Shown here piece after piece: positions 53,737 to 63,651 of a stretch of 64,000 bases of DNA (positions within the stretch are counted from its first letter, which is position 1; each line of letters opens with the position of its first letter). The translations under genes were made by a program, and so were the position numbers. The notes under the pieces were generated by a model. It was not told the DNA's origin. It was given only the letters and a program-made list of their open reading frames with translations, and made no database searches. This stretch comes from an uncultured Arcobacter sp. (GTDB lineage: Bacteria; Campylobacterota; Campylobacteria; Campylobacterales; Arcobacteraceae). The DNA lies in NCBI GenBank assembly GCA_965140705.1, contig OZ223300.1, forward strand, positions 960,001-1,024,000, in the 5' to 3' direction.

Positions 53737-56583
53737 CTAGCCCTCCGCTTTCACAATTTTACATAATCCAGCATTGAACTCTGGTATTTGAGTAATGATG
53801 TCAAATCCATAATTCGTAATAGTATTTGAACTTTCACCTATTGCATAAGGTTTAGTTCCTTCTGGATAATTAGCACTCATATCAACACCTTGCATATGTC
53901 CTGCAAAGTTATATGGCAAGGCAATTCTATCTGGTGTAACTCTAGTACTATATTGTGCTTTTACTTTTATTTTTGTACCTTGTGGTGAATGTAACCACAT
54001 CATATCACCATCTTGAATATCATGACTTTGAGCCAATTCAGGATTAATATTTGCAAACATTTCTGGTGTGATATGAGAAAGATATTTACTAGTTCTTTCT
54101 AACATTCCTGCACCACTTAAGTTTACAACTCTCATCGTAACTAACATAGTAGGGAACTCTTTAGACCAATCTTGAGCCATTTGCTCTGATTTAAATCTAA
54201 CATCAACTCTAAAGTTGTTTTTTTGATCCTCATAAGTTGGATATTTTCTTACTAAATCCATTCTTGGTGAGTGAATTGGTTCTCTATGTAATGGAGTTTG
54301 ATCAGGGAATGTCCAAACTCTTGCTCTAGCTTTTGCATTTCCATATACACAAACACCTGCTTCATCACATTTTTCTTGAATAATTCCACTAATATCTGTT
54401 TTCCAGTTTGTACCAATTTTTCTTTTTTCATCTTCTGTTAATTTGATTCCAAGAACTTCTTCTATGTTATCTTTAGTGATTTCTGGATAACCACCTTTGA
54501 TTTTTGATCCTTTTACAGAAACACTTTCATCTGGAAGTTGTGAAACTCCATTATGTTCTAGTCCAAATCTATTTCTAAATCCCATACCACCTTTACTAAC
54601 TGGTGTATCAACATCATATAATATTGGGCTTCCTGGATGTTTTGTTGTCCAAGACGGCCAAGGTAAACCATAATATTGACCTTTCATTTTCCCATGTCCT
54701 TCTAGACTTATAGGATCAAATAAATTCCAATTTTCTTGGTGCTCTTTTAATCTTTTTGCAGTCCATCCACCAAGACCAATAGTTTTAACAATTCTTGCTA
54801 GTTCATCTGCTGCATCATCTGGCCAAGTAAACTCTTTTTTTACTTCTTTTAATTCACCATTTACAACTTGCATTTTCATAGCTCTTGTAAATTCATCATA
54901 AAAACCAAATTTTTTAGCAAACTCAAACATTACATCATGATCAGTTTTACTTTCATATAAAGGATCAACTACTTTAGTTCTCCATTGAGATGTTCTATTT
55001 GTAGCTGTAACACTTCCTTCAGTTTCAAACTGAGTTCCAACTGGTAAAATATAAACGTCATCTTGTTTACTTGTAATTACTGCTGCTTCATTTACAAATG
55101 GTTCAGCTATAACTAAAAGATCCAATTTATCTAAGGCTTCTTGAACTTTAGCAGTTTGTGCCATAGAAGTAATACCATTACCTTGTACCCATAAGGCTTT
55201 AATAGGGCTTGAAGAGTATGTTTTTTCTTCTTGTAATACACCTTGCCACCATTTTGCTAATGAGAATCCTTTTTCATTCATCCATTTTGGAGAATAAAAT
55301 CTATCTTGTAACCATTTATAATCTAGTCCCCAAGCTTTAGCATAATATTTCCAAGATGCTTCACCTAAACCATAATAACCAGGTAAACTATCAGCAAGAC
55401 AACACATATCAGTAGAACCTTGAACATTGTCATGTCCTCTAATAATATTACATCCTCCACCTTTTTTACCCATATTTCCAAGTACTAATTGTAAGATTGG
55501 AAGTATTCTAGTATTTGATGTTCCTGTACTATGTTGAGTAATACCTAGTGCCCAAACAACAGTCATTGGTTTAGTTTTAGCTAAAAGAGTTGCTATTTGT
55601 ATAATTTGATCTGCTGAAACACCTGTAACATTTGCTGTCTCTTCAGGAGTCCATTTTTTAGCTTCTTCTCTAACTTCATCCATTCCATATACTCTATTTT
55701 CTATGAAACTTTTATCTTCCCAACCATTTTTAAATATAACATGTAATAAACCATATATAAATGCTACATCTGTACCTGTTCTAATTCTTAAATAATGATC
55801 TGCTTTTGCAGCAGATTTTGTGAAAACTGGATCTACTACAATCAGTTTTGCATTGTTTCTATCTTTTGCTTGTAGAAAGTGTTTAAATCCAATTGGATTT
55901 GAAACAGCTGAATTTGCTCCAATCATAAAAATAGCTTTTGAGTTTCCGACAACATCACCAAAATGATTTGTCATAGCGCCATAACCCCATGTATTCGCCA
56001 CACCGGCGACAGTTGCACTATGTCAAATTCTAGCTACGTGATCGATATTATTCGTACCCCACATTGCAGCAAACTTTCTGAAATAAAAAGCTTGTTGTAA
56101 ATTAAATTTTGCTGATCCTAAGAACATTGCAACATCAGGACCACTCTCTTTTCTTAGTTTTAACATCTTTTCAGAGATTTCATTAATAGCAGTTTCCCAA
56201 GAGATTCTTTGCCATTTCCCAGCAACTTTTTTTAGTGGATATTTGACTCTTTGTTTACTTTTTACTAAATCAATTTGATCAATACCTTTACAGCAATGAC
56301 TTCCTTGACTAATAGGATGCTCTTGTGCTACATCTTGTCTTACCCAAACACCATTTTGAACTTCTGCAATTATTCCACATCCAGCAGAACATACACTACA
56401 TATTGTTTTTACTTTCTTTGAACCTGGAAAAGGATTTTTAACTTCTTCTTCTGTGGCTTCTCGTACTTTGTCATCTGAAGCAAATAGTTTTGTTGCTCCA
56501 ATTCCTGCACCTACAGAAGCTAGTTTTAAAAAGTTTCTTCTTCCTAATTTCAAAGATAAGTTATCGAGTATATTTTTACCCAT
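53737..56583 (-). CDS. fdhA: Selenocysteine formate dehydrogenase alpha subunit (operon 2), 948 aa, Sec at UGA 56025-56023
   Basis: Tat signal GRRNFLK, CSVCSAGC, DHVARI-U-HSAT read-through, RGHDNVQG. Confidence 0.93.
55995..56009 (-). promoter_or_regulatory. SECIS hairpin core
   Basis: TCGCC-GGTGT-GGCGA, 13 nt after the UGA. Confidence 0.8.
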
Positions 56584-56596
56584 TATCTTCTGTTCC

Positions 56597-56797
56597 TTAA
56601 TTACTTGCTTTATAAAAAGCTTCCCATTCAGGTGTTAGTCTATATAAAATCTCTTTTTTAGGAGATTTCCCAACAACTACACCGTTAGAATCATTTTTTT
56701 CATTACTACTTGCAATTGCTGTAGTAACACCAGTTGCAGCTAAAACTGCACTCGTACCAAGAGCTTTTTTAATAAAACTCCTTCTTTGTTCTTTCAT
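56597..56797 (-). CDS. Small Tat-signal protein of FDH operons
   Basis: GGAG SD before ATG 56797, QRRSFIK, KKEILY..W..FYKA. Confidence 0.85.
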   Translation of the reverse strand: MKEQRRSFIKKALGTSAVLAATGVTTAIASSNEKNDSNGVVVGKSPKKEILYRLTPEWEAFYKASN

Positions 56798-56826
56798 ATT
56801 TTTCTCCCAAGATAAATTCTCATTAA

Positions 56827-56864
56827 GAGATAATTCAAAAAAGCTAACTTTTCTCAATTATCTC
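56827..56864 (-). promoter_or_regulatory. Intra-operon hairpin
   Basis: GAGATAATT-G-AGAAAAG-TTAG-CTTTTTT-G-AATTATCTC. Confidence 0.55.
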
Positions 56865-56936
56865 CTATATTTGTAATAATTACATGTGAGTATGACCTTA
56901 AAGTGACATATGATGCTGTAAAGGCAAAATATAAAA

Positions 56937-57620
56937 CTAAAGCTCCTTTTTTCTTTTTTTCTTAAATCCTTTCTTACTTTTGTGAAGATTTTTTTCTTCA
57001 TTAATTTTTTCATTATCATCTATTTTGATATTTAAATAAGCTCTTTCAAGTTCAATAAATACTTTTAATAAAATTGCTACTTCCTTATAAAAAACACTAC
57101 TTTCATGTGAGTATAATTTCCCAATAAATAAATCAATTACATCATTCATTACAATTTTATAAATATCATTAATTATTTGATTTTCACTTTGTGAATAATC
57201 TTCTTCAATCAATGTTTGTATAAAAGTAAATATAAAACTTATATGATCTTCTGCTTCTTTAAATTTTTCACTATCTTTTCTGAATTTAGTTTGTAAGATT
57301 AGGTTTGTCATTTCAAGTCTTCTTTTCCCATCATCTCTACCTTCTGCATAATAAGAGGCTGTTGTAGGAATAAAAGAAGTACTAAGACTAAAGAAAACTT
57401 CATTGTTTTCTTCTTGTAGTTTTTTTAAACCATTTTCTTGAAGAAAACTTTTCATAGCTTTTAGGGCTTTGTCACTATGCTCATCTATTGGGCTAGTACT
57501 TAATATATTTATTGTATTTTGTATGTTTTCATATTTTTTTTTATCATTTATAAATGAAAATAGAGATGAAAAAAGTCCATAATAAAGTGCTCTTGCTCTA
57601 TTTACTTCTTGATTATTCAT
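56937..57620 (-). CDS. TorD/DmsD-family chaperone (operon 2)
   Basis: TASYY, AEDH; paralog of the 49713 gene. Confidence 0.85.
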   Translation of the reverse strand: MNNQEVNRARALYYGLFSSLFSFINDKKKYENIQNTINILSTSPIDEHSDKALKAMKSFLQENGLKKLQEENNEVFFSLSTSFIPTTASYYAEGRDDGKRRLEMTNLILQTKFRKDSEKFKEAEDHISFIFTFIQTLIEEDYSQSENQIINDIYKIVMNDVIDLFIGKLYSHESSVFYKEVAILLKVFIELERAYLNIKIDDNEKINEEKNLHKSKKGFKKKRKKEL

Positions 57621-57898
57621 AATATTTATCCTTTAGTACTGGTAATAATTTTTTTGATAATGTTCGAAGTGCAATTGAACTTTTTGTGTAAGTTGATTTT
57701 TCTAATTTAGTTTTTAAAAAAATAATTTGTATTTCCGTTTTAAATAAATAAAAACAATTGCACATAACATATGCCTTAAGGTAAAAATTAATTTACCAAT
57801 TTTAGTTACATTTAACTTTGGTTATTCTTAAATAATTAATATTTAGTTATTAAAGTTAATTATATTTACAAATTTATTTAAATTTAAGTTTTATATTA

Positions 57899-57907
57899 TG
57901 TTATAAT
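57899..57907 (+). promoter_or_regulatory. Extended -10 promoter
   Basis: TGtTATAAT followed by an AAGGAG SD and TTG 57928. Confidence 0.6.
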
Positions 57908-57927
57908 GTGGCTTTTAAGGAGTTATA

Positions 57928-59073
57928 TTGTTCAAGTATATATTTTTTGTTGTGATAGTTATATTTGCAAGTTATAAGATATTAGGAGTTGATACATATG
58001 ATAGTAAAACCATTGTAGTTGGCTCTTCTTTACCAAAAACAGGAATAATAAAATCCTGGGGAGAATCTGTTATTTCTGGTGCAAATTCTTATTTTAAGTT
58101 TGTAAATGACACAAAATTATTGGGTGATGAGAGAATAAAATTTTTGACTTATGATGACAAGTATGAGCCTGAGTTAACTATAGACAATACAGAAAAACTA
58201 ATTAACACTGATAAAGTTTTTGCTTTATTTGGTTTTGTAGGTACTCCAACGGTAAAAGCAATTTTACCAATATTACAAGATAGTAAGATACCTTTTTTTG
58301 CTTCATTTACAGGTGCCTCTTTTCTAAGAAATGAAGAGAATAATAATTTTATAAATCTAAGAAATTCTTATGGGCAGGAGATTGAAAAATTAGTTTATTA
58401 TTTAAATAATAAAAAGGGTTTAAAAAGAATAGCTGTTTTTTATCAAAATGATGATTATGGAGAGGAGGGGTATGTTGCACTTTTAAAGAGTTTAAAAAGC
58501 AGAAATTTACCTTTAATTTCTGAGGGTTCATATAAAAGAAATACTTTATCTATTACTCATGCTTTTAATGAAATAAAAGATGCAAAACCAGAAGCTATAA
58601 TTATGATTGGTGCTTATCAATCAAATGCACTTTTTATAAAAAAAGCAAAAGAGAATAAAAACTTTAAAAATACTATTTTTTGTAATATATCTTTTGGAGA
58701 TGCAAATGCTATGGTAAAAGAGTTACATAAATATAAAGTTGATACTAAAAATTTGATTTTTTCTCAAGTTGTACCAAGTTATACAGATACTTCTCTTCCT
58801 GTTGTTAATGAGTACCAAGCTTTGATGAAAAAATATTATCCAAATACCAAATTAGGGTTTATCTCTTTTGAAGCATTTTTAGGTGCAAAAGTTTTAGTAA
58901 GTGCAATCTCAAGAATAAAGGGTAAAAAGACAAGAGAAAAATTGATTTCAGCTTTGGAAAGTACTCCTCAAAGTGTGTTAGAAGGTATTAATATAAATTA
59001 CAAAAAATCTCAACTTTTAGATAAGACATATCTTTTTAGATATAAAAATAAAACTTTTACTGAGATTAAATAA
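57928..59073 (+). CDS. Type I periplasmic binding protein (LivJ/LivK-like fold), with no transporter alongside
   Basis: YDDKYEP, FGFVGTPT, FYQNDDYG; N-terminal hydrophobic anchor. Confidence 0.8.
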   Translation: MFKYIFFVVIVIFASYKILGVDTYDSKTIVVGSSLPKTGIIKSWGESVISGANSYFKFVNDTKLLGDERIKFLTYDDKYEPELTIDNTEKLINTDKVFALFGFVGTPTVKAILPILQDSKIPFFASFTGASFLRNEENNNFINLRNSYGQEIEKLVYYLNNKKGLKRIAVFYQNDDYGEEGYVALLKSLKSRNLPLISEGSYKRNTLSITHAFNEIKDAKPEAIIMIGAYQSNALFIKKAKENKNFKNTIFCNISFGDANAMVKELHKYKVDTKNLIFSQVVPSYTDTSLPVVNEYQALMKKYYPNTKLGFISFEAFLGAKVLVSAISRIKGKKTREKLISALESTPQSVLEGININYKKSQLLDKTYLFRYKNKTFTEIK

Positions 59074-60656
59074 TGAAGAATTTTTTCTATAAAATTTTAG
59101 CCTATTTTGATAAATTAAGTTTTTCTTACAAAACATATTTTTTGATTTTTATTATAGCTAGTGGAATGATTTGTATAGTGCTATTATCTCAAATATCAAT
59201 TTTCACATTAAAAGAAGATTTTGACCGATTTTTTAATAAAAGAACAAAATCATTAATAAAATTAGAAAATATAAAAGATACATATAAAGTAAATATACAA
59301 GATACCTTAAAAGATTTGGATAATAAAAATCTAAACTTTGAACAAGCAGAGGGTGTATTATCTTTGGGTAAACAATTAATTAGAAAAAACTGGGAATCAT
59401 ACAAAAAAGATATAAATAAAGACTCAGAAGTAATTATAAGCTCTTTTATTAAAAAATTTATTATTACAAGAAATTCCAATGGTGATAATGAAATTTTAAA
59501 AGAGAATATTATGAAAAACATTGATTCTAAAATGAAATTAATAGAAAAGATGTTAGTTAGATTAAATTATAAACCCAATAAGAAAGAGATAGTAAATCTA
59601 AATTTACAAATAAATGCTATAAGTATATATATAACTAGTTTGATTAATTATGATTTATCAATTGCTATAAATGAAAAAAATGATACTCAAAAGGTATTTA
59701 AAATAATCATTGTATTTTCTATTATTTCGATATTTATGGTATTTTTATTCTCTATTCTTTTATCTATTTTTATTACAAATAACTTTAAAAAACTTAATAA
59801 TTCATTGGAAGAAAATGTTGCTGAGAAAACAAAAGAATTGATAAAATTAAATGACAACCTAGAAAAGAGAATATCTAAAGAAGTACAGCAAAATAGAAAA
59901 AAAGATATTATTATGTTCCAACAAGCAAGATTTGCAAGTTTGGGTGAGATGCTAAATAATATAGCTCATCAATGGAGACAACCTTTAGGTTCTATTACTA
60001 TGATTATACAAAGTTTCCAAACAAAAATGAGTTTAGGAAAACTTACAGATGAATTTATAGATGAAAAAGTAAATGATGCTTTATTGCTTGCAAATAATAT
60101 GTCAAATACCTTGGATGATTTTAAAAACTTTTTTTCACCCGATAAAGCAAAAATAAAATTTGATATTGAAAAATGTATTGAACACTCAATAGAGTTATCA
60201 AAATATCTTCTTTCAAAGGAGAATATTAAAATTGAACTTGTTATAAAAGATAAAATTACTCTAAATAGTTATTATAATGAAATTTCACATGTATTTTTAA
60301 ATATTATTTCAAATTCAAAAGATGCTTTATCTTCTAATGTTGATAAAAATGATAGAATTATTAAAATAATGGTTAATAAATATAAAAATAATGCAATTAT
60401 AAATATGCTAGACAATGGTGGTGGAATTCCAGAAGAAATTGTTCCTAAAATCTTTGAGCCTTATTATACAACAAAATATAAAAGTGCAGGTACAGGAATA
60501 GGGCTTTATATGTCAAAACAAATTATTGAAAAACATATAAATGGATCAATTATTTATAAGAATGTTGTGCATAAAATTAAAGATAATAAAAACTATAATT
60601 GTTCACTTTTTACAATTAAAATACCAATAAATGATGGGGATATAAATGGAAAATAG
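59073..60656 (+). CDS. Membrane sensor histidine kinase
   Basis: Two TM helices with a helical periplasmic domain, IAHQWRQPL, DNGGG, GTGIGL. Confidence 0.92.
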   Translation: MKNFFYKILAYFDKLSFSYKTYFLIFIIASGMICIVLLSQISIFTLKEDFDRFFNKRTKSLIKLENIKDTYKVNIQDTLKDLDNKNLNFEQAEGVLSLGKQLIRKNWESYKKDINKDSEVIISSFIKKFIITRNSNGDNEILKENIMKNIDSKMKLIEKMLVRLNYKPNKKEIVNLNLQINAISIYITSLINYDLSIAINEKNDTQKVFKIIIVFSIISIFMVFLFSILLSIFITNNFKKLNNSLEENVAEKTKELIKLNDNLEKRISKEVQQNRKKDIIMFQQARFASLGEMLNNIAHQWRQPLGSITMIIQSFQTKMSLGKLTDEFIDEKVNDALLLANNMSNTLDDFKNFFSPDKAKIKFDIEKCIEHSIELSKYLLSKENIKIELVIKDKITLNSYYNEISHVFLNIISNSKDALSSNVDKNDRIIKIMVNKYKNNAIINMLDNGGGIPEEIVPKIFEPYYTTKYKSAGTGIGLYMSKQIIEKHINGSIIYKNVVHKIKDNKNYNCSLFTIKIPINDGDINGK

Positions 60657-61308
60657 AAATTTAGGTATCTTAAAAGATTTTAATATTTTGTATTTGGAAG
60701 ATGATGAAAACTTGTTAAAACATACAGCTGATGTGTTAGAAGATTTTGTATATAATATATATGCAGTTAAAACTTCAAGTGAAGCAATGGAAGTTTTACT
60801 AAATAAAAAAGTTGATGCTATTATTTCTGATATTTTATTGGAAAATGAGAATGGAATTGATTTTTTAAAACATATTAAAAGTAAAAATATTAATATTCCT
60901 ACTATTCTTACAACAGCTCATACAGATACAAATTATTTACTTGATGCGATAAAATTAAAAGTTGAAAACTATATAGTAAAACCTATAAATATAAAAGAGT
61001 TACTTAATACTTTGCATGATATTTTGTTACCAATTGTTCAAGAAAAAGAGATACAAAAAAGTAGAAGTGTTATAAGAACAATTGCTGCAATTACTGATAG
61101 TAAGCAGGTGGCTATTGTAAAACATATTATAAATAATTTAGATAATGAAAGTCATTTTATAGCTTCATATACAGATATTATGGAAGAGTTTTCTATCTCA
61201 AAACCAACTTTAATAAAACTTTTTAAAGAGCTTTCAGAAAAAAATATTTTAGTAAAAGTACAGCATAAAACTTATAGGTTCACTGCTCCTACTTTGGAGA
61301 GTTTATAA
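60646..61308 (+). CDS. Response regulator with C-terminal winged-HTH-like domain
   Basis: LEDD, ISD, TA, KP receiver residues; SYTDIMEEFSISKPTLIKLFKEL. Confidence 0.88.
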   Translation: MENRNLGILKDFNILYLEDDENLLKHTADVLEDFVYNIYAVKTSSEAMEVLLNKKVDAIISDILLENENGIDFLKHIKSKNINIPTILTTAHTDTNYLLDAIKLKVENYIVKPINIKELLNTLHDILLPIVQEKEIQKSRSVIRTIAAITDSKQVAIVKHIINNLDNESHFIASYTDIMEEFSISKPTLIKLFKELSEKNILVKVQHKTYRFTAPTLESL

Positions 61309-61311
61309 ATA

Positions 61312-61342
61312 AATTATGAGATAAAAAACTTATTTCATAATT
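61312..61342 (+). terminator. Hairpin after the response regulator gene
   Basis: AATTATGAGATAA-N5-TTATTTCATAATT. Confidence 0.5.
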
Positions 61343-61483
61343 AAGTTTATAATATTATGGCTTTTATGTATATAGTGATAAAAAATATTTAGTTTATTTG
61401 AATTTTATTTCGCTAATATCCTCCTGAATTTTTTGGACAATTACATTGTTTGAAAATAATATAAAATACTATCAAGGATAAAA

Positions 61484-61918
61484 ATGGGAAATATCGAAAA
61501 AAGCTGTACTCAAGCAGAATGTAATTATTCAGATGCAGCAAAACTAGTATTAAGATTTACAGTTGGCTTTTTACTTTTATTTCATGGAGTAGCTAAAATA
61601 AATTATGGTATATCATTCATAGAAGATTTATTGGCTAGTAAAGGACTACCAACTATTATTGCTTATGGTTCATATATTGGTGAGATTGTTGCTCCTATAA
61701 TGCTAATAATAGGTTTTAGAGTAAGAATAGCTTCTGTAATTATTTTCTTTACATTAATTATGGCAGTTTTTCTTGGACATTTAGATGACTTCTTCACATT
61801 ATCAGAAGTTGGTGCATGGGCAATGGAAGTTCAGATATTTTATCTTATGGGTTCTTTAGCAATTTTTTTACAAGGTGCTGGGAAATATAGTATTGATGGC
61901 TGTACTAAGAATAAATAA
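61484..61918 (+). CDS. DoxX-family membrane protein
   Basis: LRFTVGFLLLFHGVAK, GAGKYSID. Confidence 0.85.
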   Translation: MGNIEKSCTQAECNYSDAAKLVLRFTVGFLLLFHGVAKINYGISFIEDLLASKGLPTIIAYGSYIGEIVAPIMLIIGFRVRIASVIIFFTLIMAVFLGHLDDFFTLSEVGAWAMEVQIFYLMGSLAIFLQGAGKYSIDGCTKNK

Positions 61919-61924
61919 TACATA

Positions 61925-61957
61925 AAAAAAGCTTCACTTTAAAGGTGAAGCTTTTTT
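61925..61957. terminator. Bidirectional intrinsic terminator
   Basis: AAAAAAGCTTCAC-N7-GTGAAGCTTTTTT between convergent genes. Confidence 0.85.
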
Positions 61958-62234
61958 ATTTTGTATATTTAGAGGTAGATAAAACAATACCTTCATATGA
62001 AGTTGTTTTAATAGCTGCTAATATATCAGCTATTTTTACTTTGTCATCATAAATAACTGTTGCTTTTTTTGTATTTAGTCTTACACTAACTTTTTCTACA
62101 CCATCAACTTTTTTAATTGCTTTTTTTACAGCAATAGTACATAAAGGACAATGCATTTTTTCAACTTTTATAATGCTAATATTTGAAGCAAAAATAAAAG
62201 AACATAAAGATAAAAGTAAAATAAATGTTTTCAT
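61956..62234 (-). CDS. Periplasmic HMA-domain protein (MerP-like)
   Basis: Signal peptide, MHCPLC, VDGV. Confidence 0.85.
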   Translation of the reverse strand: MKTFILLLSLCSFIFASNISIIKVEKMHCPLCTIAVKKAIKKVDGVEKVSVRLNTKKATVIYDDKVKIADILAAIKTTSYEGIVLSTSKYTK

Positions 62235-62236
62235 AT

Positions 62237-62563
62237 TCAATCCATAAATAGTGGTATTAGCTCAGGGTATAATAATAAAAAAAAGATTAAAGAAAAAAAT
62301 AGTGTTGCAAAGATAATTTGTACTGCTCTTTGTTTTTTTGTACATTTACATGATATTTTCTTTTTAAATCTTTTTATTCCTAAAAATAGTAGTGCAAAGG
62401 TTATTATAACCATTGGAATTCTTAAAAAACCAAGTTCAGTAAAATAGGTCAATACTCCACTTGATATTCCAAAAAATAAGAATAAAAATGCTGGTAAACA
62501 GCATAGTGTTGATAATAGGGCAGTTAATACTGCTCCTATTATCGGAATATTTATTTTATTCAT
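62237..62563 (-). CDS. MerT-like three-TM protein
   Basis: TLCC pair in TM1, CKC in the loop. Confidence 0.7.
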   Translation of the reverse strand: MNKINIPIIGAVLTALLSTLCCLPAFLFLFFGISSGVLTYFTELGFLRIPMVIITFALLFLGIKRFKKKISCKCTKKQRAVQIIFATLFFSLIFFLLLYPELIPLFMD

Positions 62564-63651
62564 TTATGCTCTTGTGAGATATAACTATAAGAGAAGTTTT
62601 TCGCATCATAATAATCTAATGGATCTTCTCCATTTTCTGCATATGGATATCCTAACATATTAAGTGGATATTGTGCAGGTTTTGGATTTAGTACAAAATC
62701 TCTTGCATAGTTAAATGCTACCCAGTTCATTTCCCAATTTCCAAACATGAATTTTTTCGCATCTTTTACTTTTTGGTCTGCATTTGTAAGTTTTTCTGCA
62801 AGTCTTACTTTTGTAACATCAGCAGGATCAGCAGGAACCCAACCTAAACCACTTAGGTAAAACTCTGCACGACAATGTTGACCACCAGTTATTTTTGCTA
62901 AACCATTTGCATCTGCTTTACCGCAAGCTTTAGCAATTTTTGATTTACCAACTCTTATTCCAAATACTTCTCTTGCTGGAATATTTGCATTTCTAAGTAG
63001 TGTTACAAAAACAGAACTAATATCTGTACATTTTCCACCATAAATTTTCTCTTCGATTGCTTTTTTAGCATCACCAACTCCACAGCCAATTACACTATTA
63101 TCTCTGTACATAGTTGTAACTGTCCAATCATAGATTGCTCTAGCTTTTTCAAGTGGAGTTTTTGCATCTTTGATTATATTATCAGTAAATGCTTTCATTT
63201 TATCACTTACTGGAATATGTTTAGTTCCTTCTAAGAATTTTTGAACATCTTTAGGGTAGTTCATATTATTTTTAGCAAGTTTTAGATTATGTTCTTTTTG
63301 CATAGTTACCATATCAATTGTAACAGTTAAGACTCTTTTTTTAGTCCCTTTGTTCCATTTTGCATAAAGTACTTTTGTATCATAGTCATTTTTTGCTATA
63401 TATGCTTCTGCATAGTTTCCTTCATACTTTAAGTTTACAACTTTTTGATATGCAGAATCAAGAGGAATTGGAACCCATAATTGAGTCTCTTCATCACTTG
63501 GTTTGATCTCAAATTTATTTGTAATTGTAAATTTTCTAGTACCTTCTTTGATTCCAAAAGCATTTGTCTCTTTTGCGCTTAAAAAGCTTGGGCTTACAAG
63601 CATAGTTGTAGTAAGTAGTGCTGAACCTTTTAAAAATGTTCTTCTTTCCAT
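62560..63651 (-). CDS. Tat-exported transglutaminase-like domain protein
   Basis: ERRTFLK signal, GKCTD (Cys), QHCRAEFY (His), WVPADP (Asp). Confidence 0.85.
   Translation of the reverse strand: MERRTFLKGSALLTTTMLVSPSFLSAKETNAFGIKEGTRKFTITNKFEIKPSDEETQLWVPIPLDSAYQKVVNLKYEGNYAEAYIAKNDYDTKVLYAKWNKGTKKRVLTVTIDMVTMQKEHNLKLAKNNMNYPKDVQKFLEGTKHIPVSDKMKAFTDNIIKDAKTPLEKARAIYDWTVTTMYRDNSVIGCGVGDAKKAIEEKIYGGKCTDISSVFVTLLRNANIPAREVFGIRVGKSKIAKACGKADANGLAKITGGQHCRAEFYLSGLGWVPADPADVTKVRLAEKLTNADQKVKDAKKFMFGNWEMNWVAFNYARDFVLNPKPAQYPLNMLGYPYAENGEDPLDYYDAKNFSYSYISQEHK

Noticed and set aside
46593..56583. Split fdhA ORFs as nonsense pseudogenes
   Set aside because: The UGA is at the catalytic Sec position in both genes, the halves are in frame, and a SECIS follows
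57760..57778. Sigma54 promoter upstream of FDH operon 2
   Set aside because: The GG and GC dinucleotides are separated by 12 nt rather than the required 10
61956..62563. A mer mercury-resistance transposon
   Set aside because: No merR, merA, transposase or terminal inverted repeats in the window
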